A stretch of DNA of 64,000 nucleotides from Felis catus (Eukaryota): assembly GCF_018350175.1 (NCBI RefSeq), contig NC_058368.1, forward strand, positions 102,674,001 through 102,738,000. The letters are read 5' to 3'. This document shows, piece by piece, positions 35,386-48,306 of this stretch. Position 1 is the first letter of the stretch. Each line of letters begins with the position of its first letter. Made by a program: the position numbers and the translations under genes. Under the pieces are notes generated by a model. The model saw nothing but the letters and a program-made list of their open reading frames with translations. It made no database searches and had not been told where the DNA came from.

Positions 35386-36059
35386 CCAAACGAAGTGAAA
35401 ATTTATGTCCGTGCACAAACCTGCACACAGATGTTTATACTAGCTTTATTCAAAGTTTCCAAAACTCAGAAACAACCAAGATATCCTTCAGGAGGTGAGC
35501 GGATAAACGGACTGTGGTACATACAGACATTATCAGAATATTACTCCGTGTTCAAAAGGAAACGAGCGATCAAACCAAAAAAAGACAGGGAAGAGACATA
35601 ACCGCACGTAATTCAGTGAACAAAACCCATCTGAAAAGGCTACCCACTGAAGGATTCTTACTATACGACAGGCTGGAAAAGACAGGAAAACAACAAGCCC
35701 TTGCCAGAGACTGGGCAGGGGAGGGAAAGATGAATAGGCAGAGCACAGAGGATTTTAAGGCAGTGAAACTATTAGGATATAATGGTGGATATATGTCAAT
35801 ACGTTTGTCAAAAGCCAGAGAATGAAACAAAACCAAAAAGGAAATGCAATGTAAACTATGGGCTTTCAGCGCTAATGACATGTCAATGGAGGTTAATCCA
35901 TTGTAACAAATGTACCACCACGGTTAAGGATATCAATAGCGGACGAGGTTGCATGTGGGGAGAGATAGGCAGTATGTAGAACTCTCTGTACATTCCACTC
36001 ATTTTTATTATAAACCTAAAGGTGCTCTCACAAATAATGTCTGTTAAAAAAGAGAGGGA

Positions 36060-36282
36060 GGGGCGCCGGGGTGGCTCAGTCGGTTAAGCGTCCGACTTCA
36101 GCTCAGGTCACGATCTCGCGGTCCGTGAGTTCGAGCCCCGCGTCGGGCTCTGGGCTGATGGCTCAGAGCCTGGAGCCTGCTTCCGGTTCTGTGTCTCCAT
36201 CTCTCTCTGCCCCTCCCCTGTTCATGCTCTGTCTCTGTCTCAAAAATAAATAAAACCTTAAAAAAAAATTAAAAAAAAAAAA
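36060..36282 (+). mobile_element. CAN-SINE in the L1 tail
   Basis: Full-length, CpG-rich. Confidence 0.95.
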
Positions 36283-36724
36283 GAGGGAGAGACCAACACC
36301 CCCCAAAAATGGCATAAAGAACCAAATTGAGATACCTGAACTTGAAAAAGTAAACTAGCTTAACCTCTAAAATTTGTATTTAAATTTACAATGTGATCTT
36401 GAGCATCAAAATATATTCTTATGTGTTTTCTTGTTTTTTTTTTTTAACAGGGCCTGATTCTATTAAATAGTTATTTTCTATCAAGTTGTATGACAACTGA
36501 ATTTTTGTAAATACTCACATTTTTAGTGCATTTGTAAAATAGGACATTTTCAAAGCATTTTTATTTGCGTTATTAAATATTCCTTAATATCTCATGTAAC
36601 ACTTGAATATATGCCCGTGAAAGGTCAATAAGAACAAAACACTAACTTACTAAAGGTGGTTACCCCTGTCGAAGGGAGAGAGAAAGTCCATTATTTTGTT
36701 TTACTCTTTTCATATTACTTGAAT

Positions 36725-36746
36725 TTTTTTTAAATGTTTACTTATT

Positions 36747-36784
<38 letters not shown>

Positions 36785-36961
36785 AGAGACAGAGTGTGAG
36801 TGAGGGAGGGGCAGCGAGAGAGGGAGACACAGAATCCGAAGCAGACTCCAGGCTCTGAGCCATCAGCACAGAGCCTGATGCGGGGCTCAAACTTACGAAC
36901 CATGAGATCATGCCCTGAGCTGAAGTCGGATGCTCAACCGACTGAGCCACCCGGGTGCTCC
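36725..36961 (-). mobile_element. CAN-SINE
   Basis: TSD acttgaatttt. Confidence 0.93.
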
Positions 36962-37455
36962 ACTTGAATTTTGTTTTTAAAAAAAGCCATGCATTACTTT
37001 CGTGATTTGTGAAACACGAATTACTAATATTTAAACAATTTAAATGCTCTAATGTGCCTTGTTATTTTTGAGTCCGGTAGTAACTGAGTTTCTTTTGGAA
37101 TAGAATTTTAAGTATGGTGTACCTTTGTTGGTTTCATTTGAATAATCACTTTATGATGTAATTCGTGTTTGGACTGTAATTTATCATTTCAATTTGATCC
37201 TTCCCTCCACCCTTTTCCCACTCTGCAACCAAGGGAAGCATCTCAGAAAAATGACTCCATATTTCAGACAGTTCAGGTTAAAAAACTCTGGAGTCATCCT
37301 TGACTCCTCTTGCCTCCCAAATCCAAAATCACGCCTGCCCAATCTCTAGAATCTCCTTCTACCAAAATATATCTCAACTATTTTTACCATGTCTACTACT
37401 ACCATTTTCGGTCCAAGTCACCATGATTTTTGCCTAGGTAATTGAAATAGCTTCA

Positions 37456-37899
37456 TTTAAAAAAATTTTTTTAAGTTTATTTATTTTGAAAGACACAGAG
37501 ACAGTGTGATGGGGGAGGGGCAGAGAAAGGGAGACAGAGAATCCCAAGCAGTCTCCGCCCTGCCAGCAGAGTCTCATGCAGAGCTCCTCAAACTCACAGA
37601 ATGCCCACATGATGACCTGAGCCAAAACCAAGAGTCGGAGACATAACCGACTGAGCCACTCAAGTGTCAATGAAATAGCTTCTTTTTTTTTTTTTAATGT
37701 TTTTATTTATTTTTGAGACAGAGAGAGACAGAGCATGAGCAGGGGAGGGGCAGAGAGAGAGGGAGACACAGAATCCGAAGCAGGCTCCTGGCTCTGAGCT
37801 GTCAGCACAGAGCCCGACACGGCACTCGAGCTCACAGACTGTGAGATCATGACCCGAGCCGAGGTCGGACGCTCAACCGACTGAGCCACCCAGGCACCC
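37456..37899 (-). mobile_element. Two tandem CAN-SINEs at one target site
   Basis: tgaaatagcttc at 37443, 37671 and 37901. Confidence 0.93.
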
Positions 37900-37957
37900 T
37901 TGAAATAGCTTCTTAATTGGCCTCCCTGTTTCTTCTTTTGCCCACCGATAACCTATT

Positions 37958-38152
37958 CTTTTTAAATGTTTACTTATTTATTTTGACAGAGAGAGAGCGC
38001 ACAAGCAGGGGAAGGGGCAGAGAGAGAGGGAGCGAGAAACCCAAGCAGGCTCTACACTCAGTGTGGAGCCCAACATGGGGCCTGATCTCACAACCAAGAG
38101 ATCATGACTTGAGCTGAAATCGAGTCACCCAACCGAGACACCCAGGCACCCC
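37958..38152 (-). mobile_element. CAN-SINE
   Basis: Reverse-complement SINE. Confidence 0.9.
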
Positions 38153-38212
38153 TCCACCAATAACCAATTCTTAACACAGCAGATGGCGTGATCCTTTTAA
38201 ACAGAAATCCTG

Positions 38213-38428
38213 GGGGCGCCTGGGTGGCGCAGTCAGTTAAGCGTCCGACTTCAGCCAGGTCACGATCTCGCGGTCTGTGAGTTCGAGCCCCGCGTCGGGC
38301 TCTGGGCTGATGGCTCAGAGCCTGGAGCCTGTTTCCGATTCTGTGTCTCCCTCTCTCTCTGCCCCTCCCCTGTTCATGCTCTGTCTCTCTCTGCCCCAAA
38401 AATAAATAAACGTTGAAAAAAAAAAATT
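38213..38428 (+). mobile_element. Young SINEC_Fc
   Basis: TSD ttaaacagaaatcctg. Confidence 0.97.
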
Positions 38429-38725
38429 AAACAGAAATCCTGTCCCTTTAGTTCCCTGTTCTGACCCCTCTAATGGTGTCTCATCTCATGCAAAATAAAA
38501 TACACACTCCTGGCAGTGTTCTTTGTACCATATAGAGCGCTCCAGTTCAGTTCATTAGAGCTCCAGTGGCCTCCCTCTATAAGCTAGTACCTCACTACGA
38601 CATCCCCCATCACTCTAATCCAGATTTTTCTTTATAGCTGCTATGTTCACCTGACATATTATTACCCCTACTAGATGATAAGTACCATAGAGGCAGGGAT
38701 TTTTATCTGTATAGTTCACTATTCT

Positions 38726-38933
38726 ATTTATTTTTATTTTTTAAATGTTTATTTATTTATTTTAAGAGGGCACATGCGTGAGTAGGGGAGGGGCAGAGAG
38801 AGAGAATCCCAAGCGGGCTCTGTGCTGTCAGGGCAGAGCCCTACATAAGGTTCCGTCCCAAGAACCATGAGAACATGCCCTGAGCCAAAATCAAGCGTCG
38901 GATGCTTTACTGACTGAGACACCGAGGCACCCC
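38726..38933 (-). mobile_element. CAN-SINE
   Basis: Reverse-complement SINE. Confidence 0.9.
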
Positions 38934-39251
38934 TGGCTCACTATTTAAAAAAAAAAAAAACAGCTTTGTTGAGATATAATTCCTGTATTACATAATTCAG
39001 CCATTTAAAGCACACAATTCAATGGCTTTTAGTATCTTTGCAGACTGGTGTAACCATCACTACAATCAATTTACAACACTGTCAAGGTCTCCAAAAGAAA
39101 GTCCATCCCTCCTAGCCATCACTCCCCCATTCTCCCTTTCTCTTCCGGCCCGAGGCAACCACCAATCTGCTTCTGTCTCTGCAGATTTGCCTATTCTGGA
39201 TGTTGCACATAAATGGAATCATGGAATACATAGTCCTTTGTGATGAGCTTC

Positions 39252-39484
39252 TTTTTTTTTTTTTTTTTTAATTTTTTTTTTCAACGTTTATTTATTTTTG
39301 GGACAGAGAGAGATAGAGCATGAACGGGGGAGGGGCAGAGAGAGAGGGAGACACAGAATCGGAAACAGGCTCCAGGCTCTGAGCCATCAGCCCAGAGCCC
39401 GATGCGGGGCTCGAACTCACGGACCGCGAGATCGTGACCTGGCTGAAGTCGGACGCTTAACCGACTGCGCCACCCAGGCGCCCC
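39252..39484 (-). mobile_element. Young SINEC_Fc
   Basis: TSD gtgatgagcttctttt. Confidence 0.97.
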
Positions 39485-40427
39485 AGTGATGAGCTTCTTT
39501 TACTTAACATAGTTTTGTCAAGATTCATCTATGCCACAGTAAATATCCATACTTTGCTCGCCCCTCCCTTTTTCTTTTTCTTTCTTTTCTTTTTTTTGGC
39601 CAAACAATATTCCATTGTATGGATAGGCTGCACTCTGTGACTCTGTTGATGGATGTTTGGGTAGTTTCTCATGTTTCCTATTGTGTGTAGTGCGGCTACG
39701 AATATTTGTGTACAAGTTTCTGTGTGGACGTTGTGGCTCAATTCTTGTCGGTACACACTTAGGAGTGAAATTGCTGGATTATAGGACAACAATGTACTTA
39801 ATCGTTTGAGAAGCTGTTAGACTGTTCTCCCAGGAACTGCACTATTCTCTATTTCCATTAGCAGTGCCTCAGAGTTCTCGTTTCTTTTTATCCTTGCCAA
39901 CGTATTTGTAAAAAAAATTCTTGCCATTCTAATTAGTGTGACATGATATATCATGTGGATTTGATTTGCATTATCCTGATGATTAATCATGCCAAGTATC
40001 TTTTCATGTACTTACTGACCAGTTGTATACCTTCTTTGGAGAAATGTCTATTCAGATCCTTGGCTCCTTTTAGTTGGGTTATTTGTATGTTTATTATTGA
40101 GTTGTAAGAGTTCTTTATATATTCTAGATAGAAGTCCCTTATCAGACATACAATTTGCAAATATGTCCTCCCATACTGTGGACTATCTTTACACATTTTT
40201 CATGTTGTCATGTGAAGCACACAATTATTTATTTGATGATGTCTAGATTATCTGTTTTTTTCTTCTTCAGTTGCTTGTGCACATTATTTTTTCTTCTTCA
40301 CTTGCTTGTGCTTTTGATATCATGGCCAAGAAATCACGGGCTAATGCAAGGTCATGAAGGTTTGTACCTATGTTTCCTACGGAGAGTTTCACAGTTTATT
40401 TAGTTTATTTTAAACATTAGATCTTTA

Positions 40428-40665
40428 GGGGCGCCTGGGTGGCTCAGTCGGTTGAGCGGCCGACTTAGGCTCAGGTCACGATCTCACGGTCTGTGAGTTC
40501 GAGCCCCGCGTCGGGCTCTGGGCTGACGGCTCGGAGCCTGGAGCCTGCTTCCGATTCTGTGTCTCCCTCTCTCTCTGCCCCTCCCCCGTTCATGCTCTGT
40601 CTCTCTGTGTCTCAAAAATAAATAAGCGTTAAAAAAAAAATTAAAAAACAAAACCAAACAAAAAA
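40428..40665 (+). mobile_element. CAN-SINE (SINEC_Fc-like)
   Basis: TSD aaacattagatctttag. Confidence 0.96.
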
Positions 40666-41520
40666 AACATTAGATCTTTAGTCTGGTTTGAGTTTATTTT
40701 CATCTGTGGTGTGAAATTCGAGGTATGGTCCCAACTTCGTTCTTTGGTACGTGGATATCCAGCTGTCCTGGTACCTTTTCTCGAAAAGACAATTATTTCT
40801 TTTGAATTATCATGGCTCCTTGTTGAAAATCAATTGACTGTAATTTTGAGGGTTTGTGTCTGTATTTCAGTGCTGTTCCATTGATCTATACGCCCATCCT
40901 TGCAGCAGTGGCACACGAGCTTGATAACTAGAGATTTGTACTTAGGTTCTGACATCAAGAAACGGGAGTCCTCCAACTTTCTTCTTTTCCAAGGTTGTTT
41001 TGACTATTGTAAATCCCTCGAGATTCCCCATGAATGGTGTGATCACCTTGGCAATTTCTGTAAAAAGTCAGCTGGGATTTTGATAGGACGTATCAGTAAC
41101 TTTTGTAACCACGGTTTTTAGTGGGCGCTCCTTCAATAGCTGTCGAGTGAATGAATTTTACTTTGTAGCAACGGAATATGTGCTTTCCATCTACAGTGAC
41201 TCAGACTTGAGAATTTTATAATGGTTCTAGCTCGACAATATCTAGCAGATAACCCACATAACTTAGGTTCCTAAGACAACAGCACTAGAATATACTAGTA
41301 AAACTGAACCCTACAGCCAACCTCTGTGTTTAGAGACTACTGAAGAGCTGTTATTGAAACACCATCTCGCCTTGGTTAAGACCCAACAGTTGGCAACCTT
41401 TTCTTTGAGTTAGGGATACAAAGTCAAGGAGAAGTAACGACTGGAATAGAAAATCTGTAACGTTACCCTCAGTATCACCTGTCAGATTGACATGTGGTTT
41501 TAAAAATGAAAAAAATCACT

Positions 41521-41750
41521 GGGGCGCCTGAGTGGCTCATTCGGTTAAGCATCCGACTCTTGATTCGGCTCAGGTCATGATCTCACAGTTTGCGAGTTCA
41601 AGCCCTGTGTCGGGTTGTGTGCTGACAGCATGGAGCCTGCTTGGGAGGCTGTCCCTCTCTCTGTCCCTCTCTCTCTGCCCCTCCCCTACTCACGCTCTCT
41701 CTCTCTGTCAAAACAAAGCTTCAAAAAATACACACACAAACAAAACAAAA
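41521..41750 (+). mobile_element. CAN-SINE
   Basis: Full-length. Confidence 0.92.
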
Positions 41751-41964
41751 GGAATGAATCATTAATTACATGTACCAGCAGACAGGATGTTAGGTTATGA
41801 ACCTTATTCAATAGGTTATGTTTTAAGACGATGGCAGAAATGGGTGATGTGAATCCCTTGGCTGCTGTATATTGACCAATCCACTTCAAATTTGTTGAAA
41901 ATCCTCATTTAGCGTCCCGTAAGAAAAAAAAGCTTCTTAATTTAGGATTTCTTAAGAAAGAGAC

Positions 41965-42130
41965 AAAAGGTAGTGTAGTGTACCGGTCTAGAGGATAAAC
42001 TCTAGGCTAACTTTCACTGGGTTCAAGTCCTACCTCTGTTGCTTATTAGCTCTGTGTATTTTGTGACCGAGTTGATCACTTTTAATCTGAGAGTAAGTGA
42101 TAATACTCATTTCATAGAGTTGTTTATATA
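41965..42130 (+). mobile_element. MIR fragment
   Basis: 'ctgggttcaagtcctacctctgttgcttattagctctgtg..tcatagagttgtt'. Confidence 0.7.
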
Positions 42131-42202
42131 CTATATTCTAAAGTTTATTTTTACATGAAGTGAAATAAAATGAATAACATTCAACAAAAACTGTTAACTA
42201 CA

Positions 42203-42420
42203 GGGGCACCTGGGCGGCTCAGTGGGTTATACATCCGACTTCAGCTCAGGTAGTGATCTCACAGTTTGTGAGTTCGAGCCCCGTGTCAGCCTCTGTGATG
42301 ATAGCTCAGAGCCGGGAGCCTGCCTCAAATTCTGTCTCTCTTTCTGCCCCTCCCCTCCTCGCGCTCTGTCTCTCTCAAAAATAAATAAATAAAATAAAAA
42401 CATTAAAAACAAAACAAAAC
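42203..42420 (+). mobile_element. CAN-SINE
   Basis: Full-length. Confidence 0.92.
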
Positions 42421-44577
42421 ATTAAGTACACGCAGGTCATTGCAAACTGCCCAGTTTATCTACCTTCCTTTACCTTTCTCATGATCTGCCCTCGATCTCA
42501 TCAAGTTATCAATTAATAATCATGATTCTACCACTCCTACCCAGAGAAGTCCTAATTAGATTGTCACTGAAAGATTTCCAGTTTCACGCACGACACGCAT
42601 TTACTCTGTAGAATACCGACTATGTGGAAGAAAATATTTGTAAACAACCAGACTTAAGTGTGTTGCACTTTGGGGCCAGTTTCTTGGGAAAAAAAAAAAA
42701 AAGAGCTCTTTGCTTTTGTTTCAATTTATAGAGTCACTGGTGGATCAGCTCATTTAATGAGCTATAGCTGAGAGCAAATGCTCAAGGAACATCAAGTGCT
42801 AAAAGTTCGGAGGATTTGATTTTTTTCAGTCCAGTAACCAAAAGCATTTGATCTTTTATTGACTGAATATGGTTGCTGTAAAAAGAAATGAAATGTCCTA
42901 AGTATTCAGGGTTGAATAACTACGAATGCTTTCTATTTTCACTGTTCAAACACCCTTAACTTTACGCTGCGTATAATAATATGCTAGCACGTTCAGGCTT
43001 TGTAAGGAAAATATACTTTTTGTCTGACAGTATTAAAATGGCCCAAGGGATGAAATTCTCTCAGTGTTGTAGATCTTTGTATTAACAATTATTTTCCCAG
43101 ATTACTATTCTATTTTACCTAGGTAGGACAAGCAAAATGAAAGTAACATACAGGGACGCTTCCTATTGCAAAGAGGGAGAGAAGGTGGTCTTCATCCGGA
43201 TTGTGACTTCCTTTGATAAATGTGCCGTAACAAGATTCTGGAAGCTCTGTAAAGTGCCCTCCGGAGCTGCACATAGACCAGCCTGGCAGATCTTCCCAGG
43301 AGGCCCTGGAGACAGTCCCACTGGGAGAGAATAAAAGTTCCATTATTCAGCACAGCAAAGTGTATCACCCTACTCATTAGCATAGTGTGGAGGTTAAACA
43401 ATGGTGTCTCCTCCTACTTATTCATTATCGAACGACTTCACGATGTTTATTCAGACTCCTGCACAGGATCAACGGCACCAAGTTATAAAAACACGACCTT
43501 CTGAGACTTTGGTGAAGGAAATGCTCCATGAGGAAAGTTCTCCGGACAGGGACAGAAGAAATGTATTCTTTGCTTTCAAAAAATCCGTTCCAATATCTGT
43601 TTCAAATACCTCCAGATGACTATATGGGATATATAAATTGCTTTTAATAAAAACTAATAATGAGTCTTAGAACAGTGTCTTTTAAATATTTATGTAATTA
43701 ATGTCACCTCATAATCAACTGAAAATATTACCCACACTTATAAATGACAGTAATAAATGAAAAATCCGTTTTATTGCCAGGGCCTGCAACTAAAAAGTGT
43801 CTTTTGCATATGGCGGTAGAGAAACATAGAGGGAAACCAAGCTGTGTTCGTCAGTTTTTAGTGGGTAAGGCTGGCCTGGTCTCATTCAACTTTACAGTGG
43901 GAAACAATTTCTACTTAATTTTTCAAAAGACTTCGTGAATGATTTAAAGGAGGGGCGATGACCTTTGGGGTAAGTTTTGGCGTTTGGAACAATTTACTTT
44001 TTGTTTTTAGCCCCTGGAAAATGGATCAGCTTGGTTAATCTTTCACGAGGAAAATGGCCGCTGATGAGGTAACTTGGAAACACGCTCTTATTTCTTAGCT
44101 AGCAGGGTAGATCTGCCCCATGAAGTCCGTTTCTACCGTAAGTCTGGGAAGTAGTTACTGTTAATCCTGGATCTGGGTCTACCCAAAGGTGCCCCAGATA
44201 TCGTTTGCACAGAGGAAGCAGAGATTATGGATGGGTGTGTTGAGAGAGGACCCTGCTCCTGGGTATGTGTGGAGTGAGCCGTGACAGTCCTCTTTAATAA
44301 TGAAGTGAGCACCTGGGCAACCCCAGATTCGGAGCAAATTCTGCTCAAAAGGCAAGCCGCTCTGTGATCATTTATCTAGTCTTGGTAGGAAATGGCTTAT
44401 TTTACATTTTTTTCAAAAGCAGACTTGAAGTTTTGGTTGTAATGTGACACATTCCCCATGCTGAAAGCGGAATGAGGAAAAGAAAACTTAATATGGGAGG
44501 TCAGCTCTGCCTCTCCCCTCACTAGCAGCATGCTGAAATTTGTGAAGAGGCGAAGTTGCCTTTTGGGGGTATTTTCT

Positions 44578-44800
44578 TTTTTAATTTTTTTTTTTTTTTA
44601 ACGTTTCTTTATTTTTAGAGAGAGAGAGACAGAGCATGAGCAGGGGAGGGCTGAGAGAGAGGGAGACACAGAATCCGAGGCAGGCTCCAGGCTCTGAGCG
44701 GTCAGCACAGAGCCCGACGCGGGGCCTGAACTCACGAACCACGAGATCATGACCTGAGCTGAAGTCGGCCGCTTAAATGGGTGAGGCGCCCAGGTGCCCC
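44578..44800 (-). mobile_element. CAN-SINE
   Basis: TSD cttttg(t)ggggtattttc. Confidence 0.94.
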
Positions 44801-44984
44801 TTTTGTGGGGTATTTTCATCTTGCAGTTGGCTGTTAGTACTCACACAGATGAGGTGAAATTCCATGACTTTCAGGAAGATCAGAACTTGTGTCATCTGCA
44901 GAATACACTTTTTTTTTTTTTTTAGATCACGATTTTTACAGCCTTCCAACCACCCACCTTCTCCAAGTATATGCGTTAAGGCAA

Positions 44985-45197
44985 TTTTTTTTTTCAACGT
45001 TTATTTATTTTTGAGACAGAGAGAGACAGAGCATGAACGGGGGAGGGGCCGAGAGAGAGGGAGACACAGAATCGGAAACAGGCTCCAGGCTCTGAGCCAT
45101 CAGCCCAGAGCCCCATGCCGGGCTCGAACTCCCGGACCGCGAGATCGTGACCTGGCTGAAGTCGGACGCTTAACCGACTGCGCCTCCCAGGCGCCCC
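44985..45197 (-). mobile_element. Young SINEC_Fc
   Basis: TSD aaggcaattttt. Confidence 0.96.
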
Positions 45198-46609
45198 AAG
45201 GCAATTTTTAATCAGAAGGGCTGCAGTCAGTCTGTGAATTTAGGAAGAGAATCATTTCTTTACGTGTTGACTTTGCATTTCAAGTCACCCCGAAAGGAAG
45301 CTCTACTGCATTTGAAAATATCTTGGGAATTACGCAAACGTAGGCAATGCATCTCAGCCTTATCTTTGGCTTCTCTGCCGTTTACTGAGAAAGTGCACAT
45401 AAACAGAACCCGACCTGCTCGTGCAGGCTTCGATCACACCGGGAATACATTATTGTGCGTCTGTTTAACATGCGGTCTTGGTGAAGGTACAAATTTGATA
45501 CAGTCACACTTTTCTAACCTCCAGTTTACAATGGAGCAGGTTGCCTTTTTGGTGCTGCCCGGGAAATGAGATGGGATGAAGCTGGGAATACAGCCTCACA
45601 ACGTGCATAATCCTGGCTCTGCAACTGAGGGAAATCAATGCGGAGAAGCATTGATCTCCTTGCAGAGGGCGATTGCAGTTAGCGCAGAAAGAGTCTGTCT
45701 GGGATTTTGTTATTCAAGTCATTCCACTGCACGTGTTTTCAAACCAACCTCTCATCATGCAGCAGCTCTCTAGAGCTTAGCTCTAGTTACACGGGCACAG
45801 AAACCTTGTCTTCTGGAAGGCAAAAGAACTGCGTATCCACGTTTCGGCTTCTGTGTTTGCTCAAGGCTAAATGAAATAGCCTTCACTTCAGTGACACTTC
45901 GCTATGTCACCATGTCACTGGGTGGAGAAAACTGCTGCAGGAAGGTGAGAGTATGAATCATTTCAGGAAAATATTATCTTCAGCTATGATGAATTTGATG
46001 TTCCTCTAGGCTGCCTGGCCAATTTGTTTCCCTCTTTTTTTTTTTTAGTAAAGAAGTAAATGTGACCAAGACATTACCTGGAGGGCCCCCTAGAGATAGG
46101 CACGTGTGTGCCGATACACCCCAAAATGAAACATATTATATAGCCACATGCAGCGTGTAGAAATATATATTGCAATATTTCATACTTGTTAGTGAAAATA
46201 TTTTTACAACATAGTGCCTCCCAAGTGCAGGAAATAAATCAAGCCTTTTAAAAAGTGATTGCAGATGATTCATTTAGTGCTGTCATAATACAGTGTTTTC
46301 TTTAATGAAAATTTATATAGTTTTTCCAGGACGCCGTGAAATAAATTTATACTGAAAGATGAAAGGCACCAATATATCCAATATTAAGCACGCCCTATAC
46401 TTAACAATACACAGGAGCTCGACCGAGTGAGGCACAGTCTGACGTCACTCAAATGCACCTTTTCTAAGATTTCCCAAGTGAAAGTCACTGTATGAATGTA
46501 CTAGAAACTGGTGGCATTTGGAAAGGAGGCAGGGCACTTTTAGACCAACCTTATGCTATCACAGTAAACTACCAACAGAATGATTCAGATAATAGATTTG
46601 TGTTTTACA

Positions 46610-46877
46610 TTTATATATATACACACACACACATAGACATATGTGTATATATATGTATATATATGTGTATATAATTTCTTTATTTCTTTTTGAGAGAGAA
46701 AGAGAGCAAGACAGAGTGTGATCAGGGGAAGGGCAGAGAGAGAGGGGGACAGAAGATCTGAAGCAGGCTCTGTGCTGACAGCAGAGAGCTCCATGGGGGG
46801 CTCGAACTTAGGAACCATGAAATCATGACCTGAGCTAAAGTCGGAGGCTTAACTGACTGAGCCACCCGGGTGCCCCG
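46610..46877 (-). mobile_element. CAN-SINE with a (TA)/(CA)/(TG) microsatellite tail
   Basis: TSD gat(t/c)tgtgtttta at ~46595 and ~46880 brackets both. Confidence 0.88.
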
Positions 46878-47055
46878 GGATCTGTGTTTTAAACAACGTG
46901 CTTGCGACTGTTAACGTCTGCAGCAAGAGACAAATAAAGCTAGCAACCGCAGCCTCTTAGAGCATTTAAAATTGCAGACAGCTATAAGAAAATGCGACCA
47001 GAAGAGGATGGCCAGCATAGAATGATCGAGAAAGGACAGCAACCGGACACGTATT

Positions 47056-47279
47056 TATTTCTTTTTATTTTTTTTAATGTTTATTTATTTTTGAGACAGA
47101 GAGAGACACAGCATGAACGGGGGAGGGTCAGAGACAGAGGGAGACACAGAATCGGAAGCAGGCTCCAGGCTCTGAGCCATCAGTCCACAGCCCGACGCGG
47201 GGCTCGAACTCACGGACCCGCAAGATCTTGACCTGAGCTGAAGTCGGATGCCCAACCGACTGAGCCACACAGGCGCCCC
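47056..47279 (-). mobile_element. CAN-SINE
   Basis: TSD ccggaca(c/t)gtatttat. Confidence 0.95.
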
Positions 47280-47313
47280 CGGACATGTATTTATATGTAT
47301 ATATGTGAATATA

Positions 47314-47778
47314 CAGGCATGCCCCCTTTGGTTGTGCTTTGTTTTACTGCCCTTTGCAGAACTGCACCTTTTACAAGTCAAGGTTTGAGTCAACCCTACA
47401 TCGAGCAAGTCTGTCAGTGCCTTTTTTCCAACAGCATTTGCTCATTTCATGTCTCTGTGTCACATTTGGGTGATTCTTGCAATATTCCAAACTTTCCCAT
47501 GATTATTATATTTGTTATGGTGATCTGTGATCAGTGATGACGCTTTGCCAAAAGCTCTGAAGGCAGTTAGCATTTTTCAGCAATAAAGGATTTTTAATTA
47601 AGGAATATATGTTGTTTATTTAGACATCGCGCTATTGAGCATTTCATGAATGACAGTACAGTGTAAAGCCTAAGTTTTTAATGCACTGGAAAGACAAAAT
47701 ATTCATTTGAATTATTGCAATATTCACTTTATTGTGGTGGTCTGAAACCAAAGGCGCAATATCTACGAGGCAGACCTG
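47314..47778 (+). mobile_element. Internally deleted Tigger1 (Tigger1a-like MITE)
   Basis: TA|caggcat.. left TIR and ..aatatctacgaggcagacctg right TIR; Tigger1 motifs 'gagcaagtctgtcagtgcc..ttccaacagcatttgctca' and 'ggtgatctgtgatcagtgat'. Confidence 0.88.
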
Positions 47779-48306
47779 TGTATGCACATATTTAATTTTA
47801 GAGTCCTGGAATATGTATAAGGACTCATGATAAACAAAGAGCAGGAATGTAAAGTCAGGACTTAGGATAAACACATGAGGACTGAAGAGAACAAAAAATC
47901 TCTGATACATTCAAAGATATTCACAGAGATTGTAGTTCAGAGGGCAGTGATCTTAAAATTTTAATGACAAAACAAAAGGTTGTTCTGGCTAGGGATACGG
48001 TGGTGATATGGGGTTGGTTTTAAGAGGGGAGTAGGTGGGAAGGGGGAGAAGGGGCATGCATTATCACTGTTTTTGGGACCTCAACTTCATAGACTCTGTG
48101 AACCGTGTGGCCCATCATGGGCTGTCAATCATGAGCTGCAGGTACCAATGGAAAACAAGCCAAAGAAGTCATGGTCTGATGCTCATGTTCTCCGGGATTA
48201 CGAGTGTCAGAGTGAGGGTGACTTTTTGTTTGAGGTAAAAAGTGATGTTATTATTCTTCCCCTTATGACAATCTATCTTGGAACCTCAAACAAAACCTTC
48301 AGTACT

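Larger units (their letters stand above)
32734..36050 (+). mobile_element. L1MC-like element (ORF2 C-terminus plus 3' UTR) fragmented by nested insertions
   Basis: Decayed ORF2 'RGQARDWEKMFAKDIVNKALLSKTCKELL'; colinear pieces resume after each insertion; 3' end 'aacctaaaggtgctctcacaaataatgtctgttaaaaaa'. Confidence 0.8.
37200..38725 (+). mobile_element. L2 3' region with four nested SINEs
   Basis: 'ctggagtcatccttgactcctct', 'aatagcttcttaattggcctccctg', 'ccatagaggcagggatttt..gttcact'. Confidence 0.75.
38960..41088 (-). mobile_element. L1MB-like element (3' UTR plus ORF2 end) with two nested SINEs
   Basis: Starts 'cagctttgttgagatataattc'; decayed ORF2 'GAKDLNRHFSKEGIQLVSKYMKR'. Confidence 0.88.
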
